Assembly (NCBI GenBank): GCA_029288725.1
Contig: JARIGS010000024.1
Coordinates: forward strand, 1 to 47,809
Direction of reading: 5' to 3'
Source: Candidatus Nomurabacteria bacterium
GTDB taxonomy: Bacteria > Patescibacteriota > Minisyncoccia > Phycocordibacterales > UBA9973
DNA length: 47,809 nt
The notes beneath the pieces were generated by a model. That model was not told where the DNA came from. It searched no databases and was given only the letters and a program-made list of their open reading frames with translations. Below are positions 24,256-32,492 of the stretch, in pieces (within the stretch, counting starts at the first letter, position 1; each line of letters starts with the position of its first letter). Made by a program: the position numbers and the translations under genes.

Positions 24256-26751
24256 CTATTGAAACGTTACAGTTTTACTGATAGTGCTTTTTGCGTACAC
24301 ACTATTGGTCGCATTGAACGTGATGGTGTGCTTGCCCGCTGTATATCCATAATCGGAAGGAGTGAAGACAAAGTGATACGGCGAGGGAAGGGTGGCAATG
24401 AAGTTGCCGTCTATCAGTACATCAACGCTAGTAAGCGGGTACTGGCTGGTGGTAGTGACCGATATTTCAGCATTGTCTCCGAGGTTCATAGTGTCATTAA
24501 TGCCGCTAAGCGTGAGAGTAGATGGGGTTGTGGCGCCATTTGCATCGTAGGTTGAAGGGACATCTGCCGTACTGACATTTGGATACTTGCTTGCATTGTT
24601 TGCCCACCAGGTTTGGACTGCTGGTTCCCAAAGACGGTATTCTGGATCACTACTTGGATTGCTTGGTACTGGACCGCGAGGATCACTCTTGTTTACCCAG
24701 TACAATATGTCATGCACATCGGTAATTACTTTTTCCTCAATCGCTTCTGGCGGCGTACTGTCAGTAGCACGAAGACCGGTGATTTTATCAATTTTGACAC
24801 TTTCATTGCCGGACCAGATACCACGGAGGATTGGTTTCAGTGTGGAATAAGTAGGATCAGGCACTGGTTGCTCAAACGGTACTTGCGGATATTTTGTTAA
24901 TGCATATTGCATGAAGGCTTTCCATGTTGGTCCGGAAATTGCGGAACCACCACTTCTCATCGGAGTGTTGTCATTGTTTCCTGACCAGACGCCGACTGAC
25001 ATGTTTGGGGTATATCCCACGGTCCACGCGTCGCGGTCATTGTTGGTGGTACCGGTTTTTACCGCTACACCAGGAATGGTGATAAGCGTTGTGCCGAAGG
25101 TAGGAATACGTGCCTGAGCATCGGCGAGCACATCGTTCATCGTCAGTGCAATATTTTTATCCATCACTGTGGTTGGATTCGGCTGATATTGCTCAAGAAC
25201 ATTTCCTTGGTGATCATCAACTTCAAGAATGCCGGTGGTCGGATTGCGTACACCACTATTGGCAAAGACACCATAGGCACCGGTCATATCCAGCAGGGTA
25301 ACTTCACCGCCTCCCAATACGAGGGAGAGCCCGATTTGTGAAGGATCAGTAAGGGTGGTAATGCCCATTGAGTGTGCAGTATCAACGGCATTCTGGACAC
25401 CAACAAGGTATTCAAGTTTCACGGAAGGAACGTTACGAGATTCGGCGATTGCACTGCGCAATGAGATCGGACCCTTGAACTTGTTATCAAAGTTTGAAGG
25501 GTGGTAACAGTCCTTTGCGCTGTATCCCGCCAATGGCTGTTCACTAGCGGAACAGTCGGTCGAGAACTCTGTCGGCACATCAAAGACAACAGTGTCAGGT
25601 GTATAACCCTTCTCAAATGCCGTTGCATAGACGAATGGCTTGAATGATGAACCTGGCTGACGTTGTGCGGTAGCAACGTTGTAGGCACCATCGATAGTTT
25701 TATCGAAGTAGTTACGAGAACCAACCATCGCTAGAATCTGACCCGTAGTTGGATCAATCGCTACCAAACCAGAGTTTGAGGCATTATATGCCTTATCATT
25801 GGCAGCAACCTGTGTTGCGACGATACTCTCGGCTTTTTGCTGGAGATCATAGTCCAGCGTAGTCTTGATGGTATATCCACCATTCTCCATTACGTCCTTG
25901 CCATACTTTTGTTCCAATTGATCAAGGAGATAGAAGACAAAGTGGGGAGCCTTGATGCCGTTTACGCCGCCATTGCTAAATGCCACCTGTTCGTTTTTTG
26001 CGGCATTCATCTGGTCAGTGGTGATGTACCCATATTCGTTCATCTTTTCCAAGACAAGATTTTTACGGGCATCCAGGGCACTCTTGTGAAGGCCAAATGG
26101 AGAGTAGTATGTCGGAGCTGGAAGCATGGCTGCAAGGTATGCGGCTTGTGCTACGTCGATATTCTTAACCGGCGTACTATAGAAGGCCTCAGATGCGGCT
26201 TCCATACCATAAATAGTGCCACCCATTGGTGCGTCATTAAGATAGATGCCCAGAATCTGCTGCTTGCTGAACTGTCGTTCCAAACGCACTGCCAATACCC
26301 ACTCTTTCAGCTTACGAACAACTGACTTGTCACCATTCAAGAGGGTGTTCTTGATGATCTGCTGAGTGATAGTAGATCCTCCCTGCGCATAGCCGACATG
26401 GGTGATATTGATGAATATTGCACGCAAAATAGACGTCGGACGAATACCGATATGTTGGTAGAAGTCATGGTCTTCAATAGAGACAACGGCATTTTGGATA
26501 TTGTCTCCCATATTTGGCAGGTCGACCTCGGTGCGGCGGACGGACTGGTGCACGTCATACAGCACAATCTGACCAGTACGGTCAGTAATTTTTGAAGAAT
26601 TGGCAATTTGTCGAGCTTCAAATGTTGAGATATCAGGTAATTTAATAAAGCTTGCCCATACCAGTACGCCTCCAACTACGATAAAAAAGAAAGCGAGCAG
26701 CCCAAGCACTATTTTTTTCCAAGGAATATGACGTTTTTTATGTTCTTGCAT
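24256..26751 (-). CDS. Class A penicillin-binding protein (glycosyltransferase + transpeptidase) with C-terminal Ig-like extension
   Basis: GT51 motifs SIEDHDFYQH, GGSTITQQ and RKLKE. Transpeptidase motifs SSFKP, SRN and KTGTT. N-terminal TM helix. ATG 26751 is preferred over 26826, which would overlap tyrS. Confidence 0.88.
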   Translation of the reverse strand: MQEHKKRHIPWKKIVLGLLAFFFIVVGGVLVWASFIKLPDISTFEARQIANSSKITDRTGQIVLYDVHQSVRRTEVDLPNMGDNIQNAVVSIEDHDFYQHIGIRPTSILRAIFINITHVGYAQGGSTITQQIIKNTLLNGDKSVVRKLKEWVLAVRLERQFSKQQILGIYLNDAPMGGTIYGMEAASEAFYSTPVKNIDVAQAAYLAAMLPAPTYYSPFGLHKSALDARKNLVLEKMNEYGYITTDQMNAAKNEQVAFSNGGVNGIKAPHFVFYLLDQLEQKYGKDVMENGGYTIKTTLDYDLQQKAESIVATQVAANDKAYNASNSGLVAIDPTTGQILAMVGSRNYFDKTIDGAYNVATAQRQPGSSFKPFVYATAFEKGYTPDTVVFDVPTEFSTDCSASEQPLAGYSAKDCYHPSNFDNKFKGPISLRSAIAESRNVPSVKLEYLVGVQNAVDTAHSMGITTLTDPSQIGLSLVLGGGEVTLLDMTGAYGVFANSGVRNPTTGILEVDDHQGNVLEQYQPNPTTVMDKNIALTMNDVLADAQARIPTFGTTLITIPGVAVKTGTTNNDRDAWTVGYTPNMSVGVWSGNNDNTPMRSGGSAISGPTWKAFMQYALTKYPQVPFEQPVPDPTYSTLKPILRGIWSGNESVKIDKITGLRATDSTPPEAIEEKVITDVHDILYWVNKSDPRGPVPSNPSSDPEYRLWEPAVQTWWANNASKYPNVSTADVPSTYDANGATTPSTLTLSGINDTMNLGDNAEISVTTTSQYPLTSVDVLIDGNFIATLPSPYHFVFTPSDYGYTAGKHTITFNATNSVYAKSTISKTVTFQ

Positions 26752-26757
26752 ATAGGT

Positions 26758-26766
26758 ATCATAACA
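26758..26766 (-). promoter_or_regulatory. Extended -10 box TGtTATGAT, 6 nt before PBP ATG 26751
   Basis: The minus strand reads TGTTATGAT-acctat-ATG. Confidence 0.45.
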
Positions 26767-26818
26767 AAAATATGGATATAACGCTTTAGACGGAGGGAGG
26801 TCCGACCTCCTGAAAACA

Positions 26819-26827
26819 TGGTACAAT
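26819..26827 (+). promoter_or_regulatory. Extended -10 box TGgTACAAT, 8 nt before tyrS ATG 26836
   Basis: TGGTACAAT-caccagta-ATG. Confidence 0.45.
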
Positions 26828-26835
26828 CACCAGTA

Positions 26836-28041
26836 ATGAACGAAAAACTCAGCAAAAGTGAATTAACGGAAATTTTATTGAATAAAGGTGTGGCGGATAT
26901 TTTGCCAAGTAGGGGATTCTTGGAAAAGGAATTGGCCTCAGGGAAAACACTGACTATTTATGCTGGGTTTGACCCAACCGCACCGACATTGCACATCGGC
27001 CACACTATTCAATTGCGCAAACTGCGTCATTTTCAGGATCTGGGGCACAAGATTATTTTCTTGGTTGGGGACTTTACTGCTCGCATCGGTGATCCAACCG
27101 ACAAGGGAACAGCGCGCAAGCAGCTGACTGAAAAGGAAATCAAGGTAAACCTCAAGCAGTACAAAAAGCAGGCAAGCAAGTTTATTCGCTTCACCGGCAA
27201 ACACGCTGCACAAATAAAGTTTAACAATGACTGGTTGGGCAAGATGAAATTTGCCGATGTCTTGGCGCTTGCCTCAAATATGACCGTTGATCAGATGCTC
27301 AAGCGTGACATGTTCGTCCGTCGTATGGAGGAAGAGAAGCCGATCTATATTCATGAATTCATGTATCCTTTGATGCAGGGCTATGACAGCGTGGCAATGA
27401 ATGTCGATGGAGAAGTGGGTGGCAACGATCAGTTGTTTAATATGATGGCAGGCCGCACCTTGCTGAAACAATTGAAACATAAGGAGAAATTTGTCATTAC
27501 GACAAAGCTACTGGAAGACAATAACGGTAAGAAAATGGGTAAGAGTGAGGGTAACATGGTCAGTCTTATTGATACGCCTGAACACATGTACGGCAAGATC
27601 ATGAGTTGGACTGATGGTTTGATCGTTCCTGGATTTGAACTCTGTACTGACTACACCCCGTCACAGATAGCGGTCATTGCTGATGAGTTGGCAAAGGGTA
27701 TCAATCCTCGCGATATCAAAATGCGTTTGGCGTATGAAATCGTTCGCTCATGCACTGATGAAAAAAGCGCACAGCGTGCCGAAGAAGCATTTGTGAAAAC
27801 TTTCCAAAAGAAAGAGTCACATGAAAGCATTCACGAAATCCCTGCCAATGGCCGTACCCTCGAAGCAATTCTTATCGAAGAATCACTCACTGGCTCAAAG
27901 TCAGACCTCCGCCGATTGGTTGAAAGCAAAGCGGTCACTAATTTTGAAACAAAAGAAGTCATCACTATCGAGGCAGTAAAAAAACCAGCGATTGCTGGAG
28001 TGTACAAGATTGGCAAAAGCCGTATTGTCCGAATTGGTTAG
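26836..28041 (+). CDS. tyrS: Tyrosine--tRNA ligase
   Basis: HIGH motif (LHIGHTI), KMSKS-type motif (KMGKS), and a C-terminal S4-like domain. Confidence 0.9.
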   Translation: MNEKLSKSELTEILLNKGVADILPSRGFLEKELASGKTLTIYAGFDPTAPTLHIGHTIQLRKLRHFQDLGHKIIFLVGDFTARIGDPTDKGTARKQLTEKEIKVNLKQYKKQASKFIRFTGKHAAQIKFNNDWLGKMKFADVLALASNMTVDQMLKRDMFVRRMEEEKPIYIHEFMYPLMQGYDSVAMNVDGEVGGNDQLFNMMAGRTLLKQLKHKEKFVITTKLLEDNNGKKMGKSEGNMVSLIDTPEHMYGKIMSWTDGLIVPGFELCTDYTPSQIAVIADELAKGINPRDIKMRLAYEIVRSCTDEKSAQRAEEAFVKTFQKKESHESIHEIPANGRTLEAILIEESLTGSKSDLRRLVESKAVTNFETKEVITIEAVKKPAIAGVYKIGKSRIVRIG

Positions 28042-28154
28042 AGTTTGAAGAGCTCTCCGAGCATAGTGCTCCAGGTTTTCTGCAAATAGTTCACAATCAG
28101 AAAAGCCGGAATAAAAAGCACGGTCAAAAATACAAAAAAGACCAATTTGCCCAT
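28038..28154 (-). CDS. Possible 38-aa single-pass membrane peptide (below the ORF-track cutoff)
   Basis: Hand translation gives MGKLVFFVFLTVLFIPAFLIVNYLQKTWSTMLGELFKL. AATACT lies 7 nt upstream of the ATG. It overlaps the tyrS stop by 4 nt. Confidence 0.25.
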   Translation of the reverse strand: MGKLVFFVFLTVLFIPAFLIVNYLQKTWSTMLGELFKL

Positions 28155-28262
28155 AAAGGTAAGTATTTTGCCCGCTTCATCCATACCCGCTATCCTAGCC
28201 GTAAGGCCCTATATTGTAAAGTCACGGTTTTTGTTGTCTGTCACAGATTGGAAAAAATCTCG

Positions 28263-28271
28263 TGGTACTAT
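28263..28271 (+). promoter_or_regulatory. Extended -10 box TGgTACTAT, 8 nt before ATG 28280
   Basis: TGGTACTAT-agtcctat-ATG. Confidence 0.4.
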
Positions 28272-28279
28272 AGTCCTAT

Positions 28280-29179
28280 ATGACAATAGTGGTAGTAGGG
28301 GGAAGCGGTTTTATTGGCAGCATGGTGACGCAGCGTTTATTGGGGCAGGGGCATACCGTGGTGGTAGTGGCATTGACTGCTCCTCGCTTTACCCATCAGA
28401 ACCTCTTCTTTATTCAGTGCGATGTTGCTCAGCAACCTCTGCCGTATAACATTCTCGAACACACCGATGCGGTGATCAATCTCGCAGGCGCACCGATTAA
28501 TAAGAAGTGGACCCCTGCTTACAAGCAGCTTATCCGTGACAGTCGCATCAAGAGCACTGAATCAATCGTTAGTGCTATCGCATCCGCTAAAAGTCGCCCA
28601 GCAGTATTTATTTGTGCTTCAGCAACTGGTTTCTACGGGGATACCGGCGAAACTATGGTTGATGAACAGGCGACAGAAGGCAAGGGCTTTCTCGCAGAAG
28701 TGGTAACGGAATGGGAAGCATCAGCACGCAAGGCTACTGAATATGGTGTGCGTGTAGTCTGTGTCCGTACTGCACCGGTTATCGGTCACGGCGGATTGAT
28801 GCATACCCTGAAAGACGCTGCACGATTTGGCGTTATTCCACGATTGAACAAAGACGATTACTGGTTCTCTTGGATTGCCGATATTGATATCGTGAATGCC
28901 TATCTTTTTGCACTAGAAACGAGCACGCTACAGGGAGTGGTAAATGCGGTAGCGCCTGAACCGATACTCTACAGTGAATTTTTGAAAACAGTAAAGACAC
29001 TCTGGAAGCATCGTCTCGTCATTACTTTGCCGCACTGGCTTGCCAAGAAAATCCTTGGGGACGGTGTTGAGGAATTAACCTACAATAACCGAGTGTCACC
29101 AAAGCGTCTGCTCGACAAGGGCTTCACTTTTATTTATCCAACTATCGAAAGCGCAGTTGCTGCCTATGGAAAGAAATGA
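28280..29179 (+). CDS. TIGR01777/YfcH-type NAD-dependent epimerase-family protein (SDR fold + DUF1731)
   Basis: Rossmann motif VVGGSGFIGS. C-terminal RVSPKRLLDKGFTFIYPTIESAV is typical of the DUF1731 tail. Confidence 0.75.
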   Translation: MTIVVVGGSGFIGSMVTQRLLGQGHTVVVVALTAPRFTHQNLFFIQCDVAQQPLPYNILEHTDAVINLAGAPINKKWTPAYKQLIRDSRIKSTESIVSAIASAKSRPAVFICASATGFYGDTGETMVDEQATEGKGFLAEVVTEWEASARKATEYGVRVVCVRTAPVIGHGGLMHTLKDAARFGVIPRLNKDDYWFSWIADIDIVNAYLFALETSTLQGVVNAVAPEPILYSEFLKTVKTLWKHRLVITLPHWLAKKILGDGVEELTYNNRVSPKRLLDKGFTFIYPTIESAVAAYGKK

Positions 29180-30023
29180 TGTCGTAATACCAGGCTGGGA
29201 GCAGTATCGACTACTCGACAGCGGAGAGGGGAGAAAGCTCGAGCAGTTTGGCAGCATCGTGCTTGATCGTCCCGACCCTCAGGCATTATGGAAAAAAAAT
29301 AACCCGGAACAGTGGTTCAATGCCCAGGCTCAATTTTTATGGGCAGAAAAAGGTGACCGATGGAGCGTCACCAAAGGCGTGGCAGAAGAATGGCCAATCC
29401 AATGGCACAATGTCACTATGACACTATCATTCAAAGGGTTTAAGCACATTGGGATATTTCCTGAGCACACCGCTCAATGGGAAGAATTGCAGGAACTTGG
29501 CAAGAAGCGTCCTGGGCTGAAGATGCTTAACCTTTTCGGGTACACGGGCGGAGCAAGCATTGCTGCCGCACAGGCTGGCATGCAGGTTACTCATGTCGAT
29601 GCTTCAAAGCAAACCGTGCAGACGGTAAAGGAAAACGCCCTCGCGTCAGGCTTGGATGACACTGCGATCAGAACAGTGGTGGAAGATGCGTTGAAATATA
29701 CAAAGCGCCTGGCCCAGCGCGGAGAAACATTTGAAGTGATCGTGATGGACCCGCCGGCTTTTGGTCGAGGACCAAAAGGGGAAGTATGGAAGATCGAGGA
29801 AAAATTACAGGAGCTGATGGAAGTGCTGCCACAATTGCTTTCAGCTGAGGCAGCACTCGTCATCATCAACGGCTACGCTGCCGGCTTCAGTGCCCGTACC
29901 TTTGGTGAACTTCTTCGCGATGTCATGTCTGCCGGCACTATTTCTTATGGCGAAGTTGGCATTGCCCAACAGGGTACCGATCGTATTCTAACAACGGGCA
30001 TATACGGTAAATGGCAGAAATAG
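29157..30023 (+). CDS. Class I SAM-dependent methyltransferase (RlmI/RlmK-like catalytic domain)
   Basis: LNLFGYTGGASIAAA (SAM-binding) and VIVMDPPAFG (D-P-P-x-F) motifs. Confidence 0.7.
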   Translation: MLPMERNDVVIPGWEQYRLLDSGEGRKLEQFGSIVLDRPDPQALWKKNNPEQWFNAQAQFLWAEKGDRWSVTKGVAEEWPIQWHNVTMTLSFKGFKHIGIFPEHTAQWEELQELGKKRPGLKMLNLFGYTGGASIAAAQAGMQVTHVDASKQTVQTVKENALASGLDDTAIRTVVEDALKYTKRLAQRGETFEVIVMDPPAFGRGPKGEVWKIEEKLQELMEVLPQLLSAEAALVIINGYAAGFSARTFGELLRDVMSAGTISYGEVGIAQQGTDRILTTGIYGKWQK

Positions 30024-30026
30024 CTG

Positions 30027-30035
30027 TGCTATACT
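30027..30035 (+). promoter_or_regulatory. Extended -10 box TGcTATACT, 7 nt before ATG 30043
   Basis: TGCTATACT-ttcgtcc-ATG. Confidence 0.45.
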
Positions 30036-30042
30036 TTCGTCC

Positions 30043-30486
30043 ATGGCAGCAAAAAAAACGACACCGTTATACTCCTTTCCCGGTGATCTGAAAGTAAAAA
30101 AAGGAATTAATGGTTTTGGATTATTTGCGATGGTACCGATTAAAAAAGGTGACTGTATCATCGAATATGTCGGCGACATTCTAACGACTGATGAGGAAGT
30201 GAATAAGCGAGGAGGACAGTACCTCTTTGAAGTTTCAAAGAATAAAACGATCGACGGTTCAGTGCGCTGGAATACTGCACGCTATATCAATCACGTCTGC
30301 AGCAAGCAGAACTGTGAGGTGGATATTGTGAAGACTCGGGTATTTATTTATGCAAAGCGCAATATCAAACCAGGCGAGGAGCTTTTCTATGACTACGGTA
30401 AGGAGTTCTTTAATGAATACATCAAGCCAAAGGGCTGCCGATGTGAGAAGTGCACGCTAAAAAGAGAGAAGGAGAAAAAGGGGTAA
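30043..30486 (+). CDS. SET-domain protein (putative lysine methyltransferase)
   Basis: GFGLFAMVPIKKGDCIIEYVG, ARYINHVC, GEELFYDYG, and a post-SET-like CRCEKC cysteine cluster. Confidence 0.8.
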   Translation: MAAKKTTPLYSFPGDLKVKKGINGFGLFAMVPIKKGDCIIEYVGDILTTDEEVNKRGGQYLFEVSKNKTIDGSVRWNTARYINHVCSKQNCEVDIVKTRVFIYAKRNIKPGEELFYDYGKEFFNEYIKPKGCRCEKCTLKREKEKKG

Positions 30487-30495
30487 AGAAATAGA

Positions 30496-30578
30496 GTCTC
30501 ACGAAAAGCGCAGGCAAATTTTGACTGAACAAGCCCGTCGGGTTGGAAGAAAAATTTGCCTGCGCTTTGAGATGAGAC
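30496..30578. other. Long imperfect hairpin (18 + 6 bp) of unknown function in a 3' intergenic region
   Basis: 30505-30522 pairs perfectly with 30551-30568. 30496-30501 pairs with 30573-30578. The 28-nt apical region contains a small CCC-gtc-GGG stem. Confidence 0.4.
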
Positions 30579-30598
30579 AGCACACTCTATATAAATGC

Positions 30599-30631
30599 GA
30601 AAGGGGGCACGCCTACGGCGTGCCCCCTTTC
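30599..30631. terminator. Strong GC-rich bidirectional intrinsic terminator
   Basis: GAAAGGGGGCACGC-ctacg-GCGTGCCCCCTTTC, a 14-bp stem between convergent genes. Confidence 0.7.
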
Positions 30632-30644
30632 TGTTTGGTGTTAT

Positions 30645-30869
30645 CTAGTACTCACTACCATCACTGTACTCGCTTTGTGCAGTGCGGAATTCATCCATAA
30701 ATTCTTCTTCTTCGGTAGGTTCTCGGTTTTCATCTTCCTCTTCTTCAATAATAAGAGGATCATCGATAACTTCAGCCTCTTCGACAACAACGTCGCCGTT
30801 ATCGTCTACCTCACTAAATCCTTCCAGTTCGCCCCCTTCCTCTACTAACACTTCTTCGTTTTCATCCAT
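30645..30869 (-). CDS. Hyper-acidic 74-aa protein
   Basis: MDENEEVLVEEGGELEGFSEVDDNGDVVVEEAEVIDDPLIIEEEEDENREPTEEEEFMDEF... A terminator lies 14 nt after its stop. It is co-directional with ruvB-ruvC. Confidence 0.5.
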   Translation of the reverse strand: MDENEEVLVEEGGELEGFSEVDDNGDVVVEEAEVIDDPLIIEEEEDENREPTEEEEFMDEFRTAQSEYSDGSEY

Positions 30870-30957
30870 ATCTATGAATTCAAATAATTTAATTAATTTT
30901 TATAGCATTATTTGTATCAGATACCGTTTTACTTGGCAATACCTTTTTAGAAGTTTT

Positions 30958-31458
30958 TTAGAAAAATGAGTTCAGGCGAAGGGTACCGGCCGCAGCCATA
31001 CCGAGAGCAATGGCATCAATTTCGTCATCGAGCTTCTTGGCAATGTCTATTTTAAGGGTTAGTGCCACCATTTTCTGAACTGCAACCTTGTCAGCATTGC
31101 CTGTACCAGTCATAGCCTGCTTCACTTCCTGAGGTGACAGCTCTATCAACGGCAGGCCATGCAATCCTGCCAAAAGTACGATAATCCCGCGAGCCTCCGC
31201 TACGGCAATAACGGTCTTTTTATTAACGGAAAAAAACAATGTCTCAAGCGCAATGGCATCAGGTTTCCATTCTGTCATGACCGCTTCCAGGGTGCGATAG
31301 ATTTGGGCCAGGCGTTCAGCGTGTGTTTCCTTCTTGTTCGTCTGAATGCATTGTGAGTGTGTTACGACAGTAGTTGCGCCAACCGTAATGATGGCAACAC
31401 CACAACGATCAAAGCCAGGATCAATTGCCAGAATAGTTTGTTCGTTATTATTTTTCAC
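30958..31458 (-). CDS. ruvC: Holliday junction resolvase RuvC
   Basis: ILAIDPGFDRCGVAI, and acidic catalytic residues in the conserved spacing (ETLFF..., DDEIDAIA). It overlaps ruvB by 11 nt. Confidence 0.85.
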   Translation of the reverse strand: MKNNNEQTILAIDPGFDRCGVAIITVGATTVVTHSQCIQTNKKETHAERLAQIYRTLEAVMTEWKPDAIALETLFFSVNKKTVIAVAEARGIIVLLAGLHGLPLIELSPQEVKQAMTGTGNADKVAVQKMVALTLKIDIAKKLDDEIDAIALGMAAAGTLRLNSFF

Positions 31459-32419
31459 GAATGTATGATTTACCCTGATCAGTTAGCTGGCGGCCACGAG
31501 GGGTGCGCTCTAGCAATCCAAGCTGGATGAGATACGGCTCTGTTACGTCCTCAATGGTGCCTTCGTCCTCCCCGGTAGCAGCTGCCAAATTTTTCACCCC
31601 GACTGGGCCACCGCTAAATTTGTCGCGAATAGTTTTCAATAGCGTGATGTCGTGTGCGCTAAGTCCATTCTCATCAAGGCCAAGCAGGACAAATGCCTGC
31701 TGTACGCTTTCTTCATCAATTGCCTGATCGTGCATCTGGGCATAGTCACGCACGCGACGGAGGAGATAGTTGGCAATGCGGGGAGTCTTGCGACTGCGCG
31801 CAGCAATAGCTGTGTGGGCATGATCAGGCAGGTCAATGTCGAGCAATTGGGCTGATCGTCCAAGGATGCGGGCGATTTCCTCATCAGTATAAAATTCCAA
31901 ACGATAGGTACCTCCGGAGAAGCGGGAACGCAATGGAGCAGAGAGCATGCCAAAACGAGTAGTGGCACCGACGAGCGTAAATGGCGGCAAATCAAGCTGC
32001 ACGGTTCGAGCTGAGGGACCCTTACCAATCATGATATCCATCTTGCCCGTTTCCATAACAGGGTAGAGCACCTCCTCGATTGTTTTGTTGAGGCGATGAA
32101 TCTCATCGATGAACAGCATATCGCCTGGTTGGAGATTGGTGAGGATTGCTGCAAGATCGCCCACGCGTTCGATTGATGGACCAGAAGTAATTTTGACCTG
32201 GGCGTTCATTTCCTTGGCAATGACATGGGCAAGTGTGGTCTTTCCCAAGCCCGGTGGACCGTAAAACAGCACATGTTCCGGTGCCTGGCCGCGACTTTTA
32301 GCCGCGCCAATGAGGATCGACAGGGCGCGTTTGATCTGTTCCTGTCCAACATAGTCCGTAAAGGTCGTCGGGCGGAGCAGGGAATCGCTAAATTGTTCTT
32401 CGGGCAGGGTACTTGACAT
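31448..32419 (-). CDS. ruvB: Holliday junction branch-migration ATPase RuvB
   Basis: Walker A GPPGLGKTTLA, Walker B LFIDEIHRL, sensor TTRFGMLSAPLRSRF, and a C-terminal winged helix. Confidence 0.92.
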   Translation of the reverse strand: MSSTLPEEQFSDSLLRPTTFTDYVGQEQIKRALSILIGAAKSRGQAPEHVLFYGPPGLGKTTLAHVIAKEMNAQVKITSGPSIERVGDLAAILTNLQPGDMLFIDEIHRLNKTIEEVLYPVMETGKMDIMIGKGPSARTVQLDLPPFTLVGATTRFGMLSAPLRSRFSGGTYRLEFYTDEEIARILGRSAQLLDIDLPDHAHTAIAARSRKTPRIANYLLRRVRDYAQMHDQAIDEESVQQAFVLLGLDENGLSAHDITLLKTIRDKFSGGPVGVKNLAAATGEDEGTIEDVTEPYLIQLGLLERTPRGRQLTDQGKSYIREK

Positions 32420-32492
32420 TTTGTTTATAGTATGCTATCCTATTACTAGTTCAATAACAACTACATTCTACTACACATCGCAGTAAGTGTGG

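Noticed and set aside
26796-26810. Palindrome GGAGGTC-C-GACCTCC in the PBP/tyrS divergent spacer as an operator
   Set aside because: It is short, GC-rich and present as a single copy. It may simply be fortuitous. It is noted here but is not strong enough for a call.
26752-26826. 25-codon N-terminal extension of the PBP gene (start at 26826)
   Set aside because: It would overlap the tyrS start region. ATG 26751 is preceded at exactly 6 nt by TGtTATGAT, and the mature N-terminus (MQEHKKRHIPWKK followed by a TM helix) is typical for a class A PBP.
28147-28449. 100-aa plus-strand ORF with a TTG start
   Set aside because: It overlaps the start of the well-supported SDR/epimerase-family gene in another frame. 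It has no motifs.
30496-30578. The long hairpin as SRP (4.5S) RNA
   Set aside because: The apical region lacks the conserved GGAA tetraloop and the AGCA / GGAAGCAG-type symmetric-loop motifs I remember for domain IV.
30682-30969. 95-aa serine-rich plus-strand ORF
   Set aside because: It is the mirror reading of the GAA/GAG-rich acidic ORF. It would run into the ruvC 3' end and lacks a terminator. The minus-strand acidic ORF has a terminator 14 nt after its stop. This is still unproven (see the finding at 30645-30869).
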